Source: Patella caerulea
Lineage: Eukaryota
Direction of reading: 5' to 3'
Length of the DNA stretch: 64,000 nucleotides
Assembly (NCBI GenBank): GCA_036850965.1
Contig: JAZGQO010000009.1
Coordinates: 225,610 to 289,609 of the forward strand
Shown here: piece by piece, positions 10,809 through 23,404 of the stretch
Layout of the letters: the number at the start of each line of letters is the position of its first letter
How positions within the stretch are numbered: position 1 is the stretch's first letter
Position numbers and translations under genes: made by a program
The notes under the pieces: generated by a model
What the model was told of the DNA's origin: nothing
Seen by the model: only the letters and a program-made list of their open reading frames with translations
The model's database searches: none

Positions 10809-11424
10809 ACATGTATAGTATAGCCCATTAATATGTTGGTAATATATATCTCAATGAGAATTTTTCGTATTTAGTGTAAATGCGTACATAGAATAGGCGT
10901 AAATGAGTAAAAGGCACCAATTCTACTCAGGCCGGTTTGTGTTACTACGCCTGGTACATGTGATCATATTGTATAGCGTTAGAAGGAGGCTTTCTATGGA
11001 CAAGAGATTTGTACGGGAAGTATAGCAGGTTATTATAATACCGTTAATATAATCCCTCATCTTTATTTATAAAATACATTTTCTTTTTTATAGACTAAAC
11101 TGGCAACTAGTATGGCGACTCTTGAAAGTACAGTTAATGGAATACCGGTAAATAAAACAAATTATTTTGAAATTGATGTAAATAAAATTGGATCTTTGAA
11201 AATTGTTGATCATCTAAATGAAATATAATAGGTTTTAACGTCCTACAGTTCTGTTCTGACTGGGCTAGGGGGGGGGGGGGCGGGCAAGCGCCATACATTG
11301 TGCTATAATGGAAATTTTTTTCTGGCTGGCTATTATATTATGCCCGTAGGTTAGTCATGTCTAATTGTTTATGTGTGGTGCTGTAATCCTGTAAGAAGCA
11401 GAATGATAATCGAAATCATCAATA

Positions 11425-11650
11425 CTCTTTTGATAATTTTATTATCATACATGGAATTAGCCTACTAGTGTTCGATCACTGCATTGACCGAGAAAGTTCA
11501 TCTCGGTTTCCGGCGTGATTTCCCCTTGTCAGTGATACAGAAGGAGGGCCTGACAAGGACAGCTTCCTAGTCGTTCGGATGGGACGAAAAAACCGAGGTC
11601 CCGTGTACACATTGGAGTGCACGTAAAAGATCCCTTGGCAGTTTTAAATA
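11425..11650 (+). mobile_element. SINE family B copy (tRNA-related head plus the conserved box gacaaggacagcttcctagtcgttcggatgggacgaaaaaaccgaggtcccgtgtacac)
   Basis: It shares more than 80 percent identity over the conserved box with copies at 19108, 23405, 37640, 40925(-) and 44455(-). Confidence 0.6.
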
Positions 11651-12099
11651 AATGGCATATCGATCGTGTTTAAATCCGTTGAAAATAGCAACCCTCTGAT
11701 AATCGAGTAAGTTGGTGATGGTGAATACGCGTCTAATTAAAAATTTTTATATAACATTTGATGCCAGCGAAGGATTTGCATTGCGCAGATGTAGTTCTAA
11801 CTTGTTGTTTCTTAAAGAAACAGTCCTTTTTTGACTCTTGTCTACATTTTCATACATATTATTCACAGTGTCGTGTTGACGCTGCCTGGGCAGTTGAGTA
11901 TCGGAGAATTATGATTTGATAAGACAATCATTCTGAATTGTTCATTATTATAGTGACTCAGTAGGTACGACTCAACGGGTCACGGGTTTAAAATCGGTGT
12001 TTTCACCTACAAGTGGTATTGGACCCAGAAGCCTGAGAAGCAAAGATAGTTGCCCCCATCAAATTGGAATAAGAATAGCACCGCGATCTATGCCCGTCT

Positions 12100-12430
12100 T
12101 CATTAACCTCATGGGTGGGGGAGGGGGCGAATCGTTAGCTTGATGCGCGCGTTGTATCATACGACCTGCCATTGAGTCAACTGGCATGGTTTCGAATACC
12201 TGGTTATACGTGGTAAGGAGTAGAGTCGCCTGTCCAACCTCGGGGGTTTTCTCCGGGTAATCCGGTTTCCTCCCACTGCTAAAGAACCCTATGCGCAAGT
12301 GATTTATTGAAATAAAGTTCAACCGTATGTGAATCCCGAAATGACCTAGTTTGTGTCGAGTGGACGTTAAACCCCATTTCTCTCTCTACACCCTCTCTCT
12401 CTCCCTCTCTCTCGCTCTCTCTCTCTCTCA
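12100..12430 (+). mobile_element. SINE family A copy, full length, (CT)n tail
   Basis: tRNA-like head ...ccattgagtcaactggcatggtttcgaatacctgg.... Body ...ggtttcctcccactgctaaagaaccctatgcgcaag.... 3' module gaatcccgaaatgacctagtttgtgtcgagtggacgttaaacccc. Then (CT)n at 12376-12428. Confidence 0.8.
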
Positions 12431-12779
12431 TTAACCTCATTTAGTTACATTATTTAGCAATAATCGATAAAAAAATAAATCTACATGTCATTAGCCAGTG
12501 TTAAAAGCAAGTTTAACAATCGATTTGCGTGAAAAACAGGATGATTAGCGATAATAATAGTTGATAAATACAGTGATAAAGATATGGAATTGATATATGC
12601 ATATTGATAATTGTCATAGTGAGATTGTTTTATTATGTTTTCAGGATAAGATAGACAGTCTGAATTCTAGTTTAGTAACTGTGGAAAACGAATTACAGAA
12701 AAACGGAAGTGCCATTGTTAAATCTGTAAGTTTTAATTCCAAAGAGGGGTTGTTTTGATATGTTTTGTTTTATTATGAA

Positions 12780-12795
12780 TGCTCTCTCTCTCTCT

Positions 12796-12832
<37 letters not shown>
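12780..12832. repeat. (CT)n microsatellite
   Basis: About 50 bp of CT dinucleotide repeat. Confidence 0.8.
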
Positions 12833-12833
<1 letters not shown>

Positions 12834-13099
12834 TCTTCATTTATCCATGTGATCGGTGAACGCCGAATGTTAAATCAAGTTCGAAATTACTGTTTATCAT
12901 CCCTGATCAAATCCCTGGAGTAAGGTACAACAAAAACCAATAGTTATTAGCTATGCATCGTTGGGTTTCTAAACCATAACCTGGGGGACTGGACGTCTAC
13001 ATTAACACAATTCCGGCCTACATATTATTTATACTCTGTAACATACTTTATGTATACTTTTAACTATTAATTTTCAGGTATTAAATGATTATGTGGCCA

Positions 13100-13730
13100 G
13101 GATTTTTAGAGTCACCGATTCTTTAGTAGACCGTGCTTTTAACAGTGTAAGTATTCGGATAGATGAGTATATATACTCTCCCAAAAAAGAAACGCAAAGT
13201 TACATTTCGTCGTCGGTATATCCTGGCTCTACCATCGCCTTGTTGCAACAAGAACAGCGACACGTCGCTGAACCAAACTACTCTCCAGTGTTGCTGTGGC
13301 CATACCCTCGGTGTCTGAACCCATTAAAGTTTGATTTCATGGTGTCGGCGTAATTTAAAAACAGAAGCTCCAACGGGGACGTTTGCCTCGCTATTCAGTT
13401 TCACGTAGGCGTTTACGGGCTATCTGGTACGAGATTTTACGCTGTACGGGAATTACTGCTGCAGTAGAGGTCGCTGTTGTAAACCATTTACTCCAATGAC
13501 CTAACCGGAAGTGACGATCCAGGACAGGTGGGGTCACTCTTGTTTGGTCTGAGCTTAGGTGGTCACGTGTTGAATTTCGCTGTCGGTACCTATCCCAAAG
13601 GCGAGAAATGAAATTAAGGGAAACATTCAGCAGGCTGGCTACATCTATCTTGAATTCACCTGCCTGTAATCGACCAATAGCGTTATCGCGTTGGTCTTCA
13701 TTCAGATATGTCATCACTTGGTTCATTGAG
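13100..13730 (-). pseudogene. Tc1/mariner-like transposase remnant (HTH domain plus the start of the DDE region), frameshifted and truncated
   Basis: ORF 13391..13726 reads MTYLNEDQRDNAIGRLQAGEFKIDVASLLNVSLNFISRLWDRYRQ..., a Tc1-type paired-like HTH. The minus-strand reading of 13140-13340 gives ...WRVVWFSDVSLFLL..DGRARIYRRRNV, the Tc1 W..V.FSDES.F.L..DGR..VWRR motif, in a different frame. Confidence 0.6.
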
Positions 13731-14689
13731 AGTTTACATGTGCAACTGATTTGGGAACCGAGAACCCTGGGATTTTAAAGATCTTAGATGTAGGTTCCAT
13801 GCGAAAAGCTCGCGAAGTTGTTAAATTCATGTTTCTCGGTGCAATAAAACGATAACAAATTTCGACAAAAATGATGACCAGTCACAATTAGTAACATTTC
13901 ATTTAAAACTAACAATGAATTTCTTTTATCCTTACACAATGGCATTAAAACAAGTACGATTTATGGAAAGAGCGACTTCATGTGAATAAAAAAAATGATG
14001 AAAATGGGTTGTGCGTTTCTTTTTTTGAAGAGTACATTATATTGATGAGCTGAAAGACAAATCTCCTGGGAATCTGACATTATAGATATAAATACATTTG
14101 TATAACAATTAATGTCCACGGTGGTTCGTTATTGGCTGTGAAAGAGCTTAGGGATTTGCATTTGTCAGCGATGAAGGAAGGCGTGTATGGCAAAAATATG
14201 TGTACGAGGGTCCGTTTACATATTATTGGCAGAATGCTTAAGATTCCCTGAAAGGGCTTGCCGGGTTTGAAAAATCCCGAGATTGTTTTGGCCCCAAAGC
14301 CGAAGAGAGTCCTGACCGCTCGACTACTCGTAACCCCCACCGCAGCAACATTTTGTATAATCTAATGTTTTGTAGCGGAAGTAATAGTTGGCGTGTTGTA
14401 ATTTAAACATTACATATCGTCAAGGTTACCCAGAACCCCCTAGTCATCGACGATCGGCCAGTTGTAAACATTAGAATATTCGTCTGGATGATATAGACTA
14501 CATTTCAAATTGTAATTCAGCCATTTTGTATTTCAGTTGAAGAATGACATCGCTCCGTGTACACCTATTTACAATGTTTACCAGTCTCTTATTGTGGTGG
14601 GATTCTGTAAATACTTCATGGATGCTTTTGTAAGTTGCTATTAATAGTTAAATCTTATATAATTATTTGTCAATTTAAATCAACATTGA

Positions 14690-15010
14690 TGTTCTGATCT
14701 TTCTGGGAAAAGATGGACTGATATCCATTATTTAAGACAAAATAAACCATTTACAATTGGTACACGGATCGTGTATCACAATGCGTTTCAGGGCCATTTG
14801 TAACAAGGGACTCGAAGAACAGGTCATGCCAATCTCCCAAACAGAGTTGTTTTCCCTTGCAGTCCAAACTTGCAGGATAGTGAGACTTGTGTGGAGAAAG
14901 AAGTCATGTCAAACGGTTACGCCATATTATTATCTGGAGAGCATTCAAAATAAATACTACCCTTGTAGACTGGAATAACCAGACGCTAGAGATTGCCAAT
15001 CGATTAAGAT
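14690..15010. repeat. Dispersed repeat family X copy (contains the palindrome ggtacacggatcgtgtatcac)
   Basis: 14690-14800 and 14950-15010 align to 33330-33440 and 33480-33540 (tcaatttaaatcaacattgatgtt...ggtacacgaatcgtgtacc...aataaccagacgctaga...). Confidence 0.5.
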
Positions 15011-16574
15011 GTCTCGAGTATTTCGCTGAACATAACAGATTTGAGATTAGAGTAAAAACGGAAACGACTGAATGCGAATCAGTTTATTTACTTCATATTG
15101 CATTATTTGCTACCCATTTTTGTTAATTTTAGCGATTTAGCTCCTTTAACAATATTATTTAAACTTTAAAATGGCAATATTTCCAAAGAACGTGATTTGT
15201 ACAACCGATCTGATTATTATGCAGAGCACATGGCCCACTAAGCAGTTTAGGGGTCATCGATTCAGTGGCGTTGAATTGATCTTTGGGGCGAACATACATA
15301 CTCAGGCAATTGTGAGCGTGTTGACCCTCTCCAGCCCTTTCAAAGAAATTTTGTTCATGAGCCTCAAATACCTATAGGCTTGTAATGCGATTAAGTGTCG
15401 AATGGCGCCTGAAGAATGATCAACAATAGACATATTTTGATCTTTCGTGATGCATCTTTTAGACGGCCTTGATTAAAGGAGGCTTATTACCCGGGTGTTT
15501 TGATTCGCGAACATTATCAGACACATTATCGTTTGGGTGACTCATTTATTATGGCACAGATTTGTCTTTTTCTGTGAATATGTTTCCAGTACAAGGTTAA
15601 AAATTTTAAGTATAACTAAAATAGTTATTTACAGACCTGTTACTGGCGAACGGAAACTAATCGCTTTGCTTGTAAAGCAACGGTGTCGAAATTATGACAA
15701 TATCATCATCTTATATAGAATTTCAATTTGGCGTTATTTCACGATTTTAATTACAACAATTATGTTCGAAGTCGGGTGGATATGTGCAATCGACATCTTA
15801 CATTTGGGGAAATCTCCTCGTTTTATATGAGTAATTTCTTAGTTCTATCTGAGTAATTTCCCTTTTTTCAGAATGGATTTTGGTTTACTATTGGTTGGTG
15901 TATATTTTTCTTTCTACCGAGTACCATTTTCTCAGTAAAACTCGCCAAACATTTTAGAAGAATGAAATTTATGGACGACTATGACATGTCTACTACGTAT
16001 ACGTAAGTACTCAGCCGGGTCCTAAATGTATTTATATCTCATGAACAGAAACGGAATGGTGGTTAGCATCCTACTTTTTTGCACCAACCGCGACAATGGC
16101 GACAAGGCATTTTGGAGAGTGTTATGAGGGCAGACACTGCATCCTACACCACTGACAAGGGAAATAACTCTGAAAAACCACGAATAACTCTCTCGCTCTG
16201 CCAACACCGATATTGGACACGGGATATCCGTGTTATTAAACCAGCATCTTACTCACGGATTCACGTGGCTTGAATGGTTATTGGGGCAGATTCCCATGTT
16301 TCCATCTCCATCGCTGTATTTTCTGTGTAATTTGCACCCCAGAAAGTCAAGAAAGCAGAGGATGGATTATAAAGACTATGGTAAAGATGCACAATTTGTT
16401 CCAATTTCAAGATCTTGAACTAGTTTAAAAATTATGACGAAACCGGGAAAGCCGGGAGTTTCGTCGTTTGGTCCAACATACAAAACCCCTTTTGGAATCG
16501 TATTGAACCTAAGATTATTCAACCAAGAATGGTGTCATAAAATACTTTATACACACTCAAAAATGAAATGGGGG

Positions 16575-16706
16575 AGGGGTGGCCTAGTGGTCTAGAATGC
16601 TGCGCTTCAAACTCTATCGGGCAGGTCAACTCTATCTTGCTACTGTGGTTTCGACCCCTGGTGAGAGCCGATGTGGCATGGAGATAGGGGCGCTTTTCAA
16701 CCTCGT

Positions 16707-16737
<31 letters not shown>

Positions 16738-16860
16738 ACTGCTAAAGACCCCTACGTGGAAGCGAATTATTGAAATGAAATTAAACCATATGTTAGTCCC
16801 GAAATGACAAAGTTTGTGTTGAGTGGACGTTAAACCCCATTTCTCTTTCTCTCAAAAATG
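16575..16860 (+). mobile_element. SINE family A copy (head variant 2: ggcctagtggtctagaatgctgcgcttc...)
   Basis: Full body plus the conserved 3' module gtcccgaaatgacaaagtttgtgttgagtggacgttaaacccc, then a short (CT)n tail. Confidence 0.75.
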
Positions 16861-16904
16861 AAATGAAATGGGATTGGACGTCCCACTTGGTAAATGTAGA
16901 CGGG

Positions 16905-17060
16905 AATACGCCATACAGTGTGAGATGAGGACACTTTTACCACAGCCTACTCTTATATCGAAATCCCAACTGCCCAGACATTGGTTTTCTGACCTATCCG
17001 AACGACTATACAGTGTCCCTTGCCAGACCTTCTGTCCTCTAGCTAGCCGGTCACCTCTGA
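16905..17060 (-). mobile_element. SINE family B partial copy
   Basis: The reverse complement matches the B box-downstream region (ggcagttgggatttcgatataagagtag...), cf. 19290-19320. Confidence 0.4.
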
Positions 17061-17280
17061 CTTGTGACTGTGGTTTAGAGCCCTGGTGTGAGCGTATGTG
17101 GCATGGAGATAGGAGCGCCTTCTCAACCTTGTGGGTTTCCTCCGGGCACTCCGGTTTCCTCTCACTGTTAAAGACCCCTACGCGCAAGCGAATTATTGAA
17201 ATAAAATTAAACCATGTGTTAGTCCCGAAATGACCTAGTTTCTGTTGAGTGGACGTTAAACCCAATTTCTCTCTCTCTGC
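16990..17280 (+). mobile_element. SINE family A copy (head variant 2, 5'-truncated)
   Basis: ...gtggtttagagccctggtgtgagcgtatgtggcatggagataggagcgcc...gtcccgaaatgacctagtttctgttgagtggacgttaaaccc, then (CT)n. Confidence 0.75.
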
Positions 17281-17289
17281 CTCACCTTC

Positions 17290-17440
17290 TGTCCTGCACT
17301 AGTGAAATGGAGAACCAAGCTGGAAAATTACGTTAAACTGTCTTACCCAAAACCGGGATCGAAAACGGGACCACCGGGTTAGTGCGCCAACGTCAAACTA
17401 ACTAATTATAAGCCACCGTGACCCCCTTGTGGTTCCCTTA
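17290..17440 (-). mobile_element. SINE family B-like fragment (tRNA-like head on the minus strand)
   Basis: The reverse complement ...ggtggtcccgttttcgatcccggttttggg... shows a B-box-like tRNA feature. It is similar to other family B heads. Confidence 0.35.
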
Positions 17441-18124
17441 TATTCTTAACATAGGACCCCTTTCCACTTAAGATTGAAAACAGATTGTTTTTTTTTACAA
17501 TAATCCTTTTTATGATTTACAGAAAATCAAACCCGTACCAAAACGACGAGGCTTTCCATAATGGATTGTAAGTTTAACTACTTTTATATCTTCTTTGATT
17601 GGCATTTAGTAATTGAACATATTAACACAAGGTACAATTTTATGGATACACAATTACTGAGTTTGGTACTAAGCGACGTTTCGACGAGGATGCTCTCGTC
17701 TTTATCAAGCAATGATACAAATTTGTGAATAGTATAGGCAAATTAAAATACAGAATATGCAACAAAGATAAAAAATCAAATACAATTTAAGTTTTATATC
17801 TTTATCATTAGGCTTAAGTTGCACTTTCATAAAGTAAATAAGAACTTTAGATGACTTAAGTACCAAAACTTTATGGTGCGCCCCCCCCCCCCCCCATGTT
17901 ATCAATAATATTCTCCTTGTTGTGGATATGTGTATTTGTGTATGTGTTTCTTTGTTCATTTTCCATTCCTGTATGTCGGCTCTTGTTCCGCCATAATAAT
18001 TTAGGTATCCCCCCATTTCGACTACATCCCCTTCCCATTTCGACTACAGATTATACGGTCTGATGTTTTTATTATATATCCTCCTCATAGCTAAAATACA
18101 GTAGATTCTTCCATAAAAAAACAT

Positions 18125-18338
18125 TTCGAGTGTCGCCTACGGCTAATTTCATTAACCCTGTCATTGAGTCAACTGGTGTGGTTTCGAATCCTCGGTTGTA
18201 CGTGACAAGGTGTAGGGTCGCATGTCCAACCTCGTCTTCCTCCAGTTTCCCTCCCACTGCTAAAGACCGAATTATTGAAATAAAATTAAACCATGTGTTA
18301 GTCCCGAAATGACCTAGTTTGTGTTGAGTGGACGTTAC

Positions 18339-18375
<37 letters not shown>
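18125..18375 (+). mobile_element. SINE family A copy (head variant 1) with poly-C then a (CT)n tail
   Basis: tcattgagtcaactggtgtggtttcgaatcctcggttgtacgtgacaagg...gtcccgaaatgacctagtttgtgttgagtggacgtta, then c11, then (CT)n. Confidence 0.75.
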
Positions 18376-19107
18376 TACCCCAATCAGTGGTTAATAAGAA
18401 CTGAATTATTGAAATATATAGTTTAGAAGCAAATTGAAAATGGATACATTCAATGTCGCAACACCCTCGAAGAAGACATTCAATGTCGCAACACCCTTGA
18501 CGAAAGATCGTGAACTTTACCGAAGGATTCCTTCTCGACCCACTCATTAATGTAAGATTGAACCATATTTTTGTCCCGAAATGACCTAGTGTTGTCAAAT
18601 GGATGTTTAACTTAATTGTTGTCTCTCCCAAATAACGTATATAATATATATGAACAATATATCACCTGGCATTTTACAGGAACCCAAATAGTAAAGAACA
18701 ATTTATAAGTAATGGGTAAGTAAACTATCAAAAATAATCTACACTTATAAATAAAAAAAAAAACTGTGGTCTGCCATTTAACAACCTGTCAACGTATACG
18801 TTCACTATACTGATGAAGCAGGCTCGGACATGATTAAACTTGTATATTCGTTTGATAAATTTATATTCCATGAGTAAGAACGTCTTGGGTTCGATTCGGT
18901 ATATTTTCAAGCCTGTGGTTTACTTGTCAGGAGTGCCACCCGCGGAACGGATAAGGGAGGTGTGCTTAGTCGTTTGAAAGGGCCGAAAAGCAGAGGCCCA
19001 TTTGTAAAGACATTGACTTTGTTAAATCCATTTTTTTACCTTTATATTTAGACAACCACCAGTTGCGGACTCTCTTCCTCTTAAATCGTAAGTTTTACAT
19101 TATATCT

Positions 19108-19340
19108 TTTCTGGGGAACACGGTGGCTAAGTTGGTAAGACGCTAGCTCGCTAGCCTGGAGGTCGGGTGCTCGATCCCTGCATTGGCTGAGAAAGTTCAT
19201 CCAGATTATCCGGCGTGGTTTCCCATTGTCAATTATGAAGAACGGTGGGTCTGACCAGTAAGGCTGTCTAGTCGTTCCTTGGCAGTTGGAATCCCATATA
19301 AGAGTAGGTTTTAGCGCCGCTGCCCGGGCAAAATTTCCCA
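19108..19340 (+). mobile_element. SINE family B copy (full tRNA-like head ggggaacacggtggctaagttggtaagacgctagctcgctagcctggaggtcgggtgctcgatccc)
   Basis: tRNA-like A and B boxes, followed by a body shared with the other family B copies. Confidence 0.6.
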
Positions 19341-21961
19341 CAGAGCACACTATATATTTACATCTTTTCTTATGGTAGTTTGTCAAAATTTTTATGCCAA
19401 CTTAGACTAAGTTAATATTTTTACTAGACACATTGAGGAATATGGTACCGAATATGGTAACTGTGTTTGGTTGCTTCAAATTCTGTCATTGTGAAGAGGG
19501 TGCTTGGACGTTGTAGTGATGAAGACTGGAGAAGCATAGTCGAAACGCCCCGGAGTAATAAGCAGTAATTGTATTCCGTAGAATTGTAATCATAGAATTC
19601 TCCAGTTCAATTACTAAATGCCATTGAAACAATTTGCTCTATTGTAGTGGAAGGGCATTGGAATAAAATACCAACTCGTCTCTTGATGGTTCAGATTATA
19701 TCTTTGGGCTTCGAATGTAGTGGGCAAAGACGGAATAGGCTACAGTATAGAGTGTGCCCTAACCTAGTGGGAAGGGCGCTGGATATCGAACTGCGAGTTT
19801 AATGTTTCACAGCCATATCTACTTCATCTATTTTTCAGAAATAAAGTTGGCCATGCCGATGTTTAACAATGGAGTAACTGTTACAGATTCAACTAAGTGC
19901 TCAAGACTCTATTAAAACATAAGATGGGAACATTTAGCATATTATTGTACATGTAATTGTATTGCATATAGTGTAATGGCGCAGGAACGTCAGTTGTTTA
20001 ATTTCAGTATTTGTATATGTTAGAATTGTTACTTGGATCGTTTTACTTAAGGTCTCTGAGCGCCATTTGAGGAATGAGGGAATCTCTTTTAACGTACAAT
20101 CCCGTGGAAGTTAAATCTATCAAAGAAATATCAGTCCAAAAGAGATTCAATTCCATTTAGTATTTACAAAAAAAAAATGATGAACGGGCAATTTGTCTAC
20201 ATTCGGCAGATGATGTTAAATTTATATGACCAAAAGCCAGCGCCACCTGAAATATTCGCTAAAAGATTTTGTTGTGCATCTTTAGTTTGGATAAGGTTGT
20301 GGAAATTTTTATATTTTCCTCAAAAATCAAATGACGCATGCAGACTTTAAAATTTAGATTTAGTATCGGTAATTTGTACATTGGGTCTATTTTATTTTGT
20401 CTTTCCGTGTACAATCCTCCGTCATTGTAAGTTTACCATATTCGTTTTCATTCTTCTAGTGCTATAACATTCTGCTATTTATTATACGTCATCTTCAATA
20501 GAAAGCTTGATCTCACTTTGACTACGTACATCTTATCAAGGCCTTTACGTCATACCATGCATATTTCGGCATATTTCGAGTTTTCAAGCTAAAATGTCTA
20601 CCTGTGTTAATCGAGTTGCAAAGTTCAAGATTCGTTCAATGTCAAGGTTTCCATGGAGGTCGCGAATTCACAAACTCTGATTGGACGCTACTGTTCACAT
20701 GTCTATTGATAACGTAGCTATATGTAAGTTCGGGAATTGTGAAGTAATCTAGCAACGTCCAGATTTTGTAAAACTCGCGGTCGCTGCTTCAGGAACATGG
20801 TTATAGGCATGGTCTGCTTTACAGGAAGGTTCAATATTTTTAAACTCCGATTTTTTATGACATTATATTTATTTGTATGCAATTTTGTTGATTTATTTAT
20901 ATATAACATTTTATTCTGTTTACCTATTTTTATGTTAATCGTGGTAAAATTATTCTTATAAGTAGTTGAAATGAAATATTTGCAATGCTTGACGTCCTAC
21001 TCGCAGACGGGTCTCGAAAGCAGCTTATCCGAAGAGAAAAGTTGGATGTTGACAAAGTTTGATAAGCGATGCCTTCAAGAATTAAGGTCTTTGTCGTGTT
21101 TACAAGAATATATTACAAACTGTTGAACGGTTTCCTCTATCGCCATCACAGAACGCTGAATACCGATTTCAAAATGTTATGTCCAATAATATAGCCTCTA
21201 TCGCTTCACGATACAATTGATGAGAAATCGATGGGCGTGAGGGCGTATAAAATTGCGTTGAACATAAAAATCCCCACTTATGACGTGAGCCGCCCCACCC
21301 CATGACCAACTTCTTAGGTAACCTGCCAAAACTTAGACAGCCATATCTTAGACAGCTTAAAACAACAACATTTACGGTTAAGTGCACAACTAATCCTCCA
21401 CCTGTTACCTATATTTGATAATGGAATAGTCCAAGAAAATCTAGAAAAAATCCCAAAACTTAGCAAATTGTAACATTGGTATGTTAAAGCAGATTGATTA
21501 ACAAGTACAAAATAAATATAGTACCATTTCTTTCATTTCTTTACTGATCAAGTTTTTACTTATATAAATAATAATAATTTTAATACTCTATGTTCACAAA
21601 AATATTCAATGCAAATGTTAACAAAGTGTCTGTCCGAGATGGATCAAATGGCCGACATGCGTCCAGATACTGAATCTTGGTTTTGTCACCTCGTAGAGGG
21701 TGTGCATCTGTGTGGTCTCTTCTCTTGCTCTCTTCCGTAGGTTGCTGAGGAACTTGTCTTGGTTGCTTCTTCAGGAGGGTGAATGTGGAGGGTGAATGTG
21801 GTCGCTGACATTCCGACATAAGTCACCCACAGTGGTGCACTTTCCGGAACATGCAGTAACTACACATCGCCAGTGTGTGCAGGTCTGTCTCTGAACGTCA
21901 TCCCTTGCACTACAATACCCGACATGTTAATTTCTATAAAAACAATATCTGTCGAAAATGG

Positions 21962-22078
21962 TCGAATTTGTCAAATGTCTGGCATCTAGCTCCATGTAAG
22001 ATATGGCCAACATAAATGGTCGAATCTGTCAAATATCTGGCATCTAGCTCCATGTAAGATATGGTCAACATAAATCAG
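21962..22078. repeat. Tandem duplication (about 58-62 bp unit x2)
   Basis: atggtcgaat(t/c)tgtcaaat(g/a)tctggcatctagctccatgtaagatatgg(c/t)caacataaat occurs twice. Confidence 0.7.
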
Positions 22079-22194
22079 TGTCGTTTACTCCATTATTAAA
22101 CCAACATAATATTCATATTATTAAGGAATAGTGGTCTGAAACCTCCTTTTGTTAACGGAGTTACTTCCCTTGATTAATAAACCGTTTTTGAATG

Positions 22195-22492
22195 GGAGAG
22201 AGAGAGAGAAAGAAATGGGGTTTAACGTCCACTCAACACAAACTAGGTCATTTCGGGACTAACATATGGTTTAATTTTATTTCAATAATTCGCTTGCGCG
22301 TAGGGGTCTTTAGCAGTGGGAGGAAACCGGGGTGCCCGGAGGAAACCCACGAGGTTGAGAAGGCGTCCCTATCTCCATGCCACATACTCTCACACCAGGG
22401 CTCGAAACCACAGCCGCAAGCCAGAGGTGACCGGCCAGCTAGAGGTCGAAGCGCGGCACTCTAGTCCACTAGGCCATCCCAACCTCCCGTTT
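22195..22492 (-). mobile_element. SINE family A copy (head variant 2), near full length
   Basis: About 95 percent identical to the copy at 37355-37645. The tail is (GA)n on the plus strand at 22190-22205. Confidence 0.8.
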
Positions 22493-22518
22493 TGGAATGG
22501 AGTGAAATGTAAGCACAA

Positions 22519-22667
22519 TACTGGATCTTTCCGAACGGACAAATATTTTCCCTTGGGTTAGGGTTAGGGTTCGGGTTAGGTTTATCTAAAACTATTTTGA
22601 AGGGTTAGGGTTAGAATTGTGGCTATAAACACGGAAAAATATTTGTCCGTTCGGAAAGATCCAGTAT
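22519..22667. mobile_element. Small foldback/MITE-like element with about 34-bp inverted arms (atactggatctttccgaacggacaaatattttcc) and central TTAGGG-like repeats
   Basis: Arms 22519-22552 and 22633-22666 are perfect or near-perfect inverted repeats. Centre 22555-22615 carries gggttagggttagggttcgggttagg...gggttagggttag. Confidence 0.55.
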
Positions 22668-22992
22668 CGTGCGAAATGTAAGATGGCCATCTTGTGGCCT
22701 ATAAACCCCAATACCACATCAGCACCACCGATGAGTGTCTTTAAGCGACGGTTGTGTACCTTGCGTGTATCCTTTTACGGCCGACAGCTTGCTTATAAAT
22801 CAAGGGCAGTCTGGACACAAACTGTCTTTATCAGTAGTCAAAAAACGAAGCCTAAGAAGACTTCAGCAAACCAGCCACACTTCCTTATTTTGAGTTTAAT
22901 TGATGAGAGGCTACCAAACCCAGGACATGGCACAATCAGTCGTGGTAATAATTCTTTTAATATCAAATCATACTACAGATATTAACACCCAT

Positions 22993-23303
22993 CTATAATA
23001 TTGCTGGTCTAGTCACTGTTTTTGATCGCTTAAAATCCAAAATTGCCATAATAACTCGCTGGGAGTCTAAAAGTAGCATAAAACAGAACACGCCAACAAG
23101 AACCACCATTCCAAATCGGCCAGTTATAATGGCGGAAGTTCGGTGATCTTCCGCACTGGTTAATTTCCGTCGGGTAGATGACAATGTTGATTTATCCACA
23201 AACAATTTTTTAAGGATTTCTTTCAATTCTTTTTCTTGCACGCCGTAACTTCCGGACCCATTACCAATACAAACACAAGGACACAAAGCAAGAACCGGTG
23301 ACT
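22993..23303 (-). CDS. Lectin-mucin gene terminal exon: charged linker, one predicted TM helix (FGMVVLVGVFCFMLLL), a short cytoplasmic tail, stop
   Basis: Acceptor tttgtag|AGTCACC at 23303. Its phase fits the 1-nt overhang of the upstream S/T exon. The ORF runs to TAG at 22993-22995. Confidence 0.45.
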
Positions 23304-23404
23304 CTACAAATATAAATACAGATATTGGAAAGTTTGTTTTTTAATACCATTTACAATCTCAGACGCAGACTTGGTATTGAGTTCAGTATAATTAAGTATT
23401 ATTT

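Noticed and set aside
11560-11610. Similarity of the SINE-B conserved box (cggatgggacgaaaaaaccgaggtcccgtgtacac) to the 3' half of 5S rRNA (ggatgggagaccgcctgggaataccgggtgctgtagg)
   Set aside because: Only a ggatggga octamer plus scattered matches. This is too weak to claim 5S derivation without an alignment tool.
16575-16650. tRNA-like sequences (also at 12150-12230, 18150-18200, 19108-19180, 44560-44640 and others) as tRNA genes
   Set aside because: All are heads of SINE copies continuous with SINE bodies and tails. None shows a complete cloverleaf with an intact acceptor stem by eye.
22192-22561. ORFs of 80-140 aa overlapping SINE copies (22192..22464, 22316..22561, 37354..37620, 37472..37675, 16852..17265, 16868..17233, 18072..18383, 25820..26071, 27202..27459)
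   Set aside because: They are open frames through GC-richer SINE bodies and recur in every copy. No coding signal.
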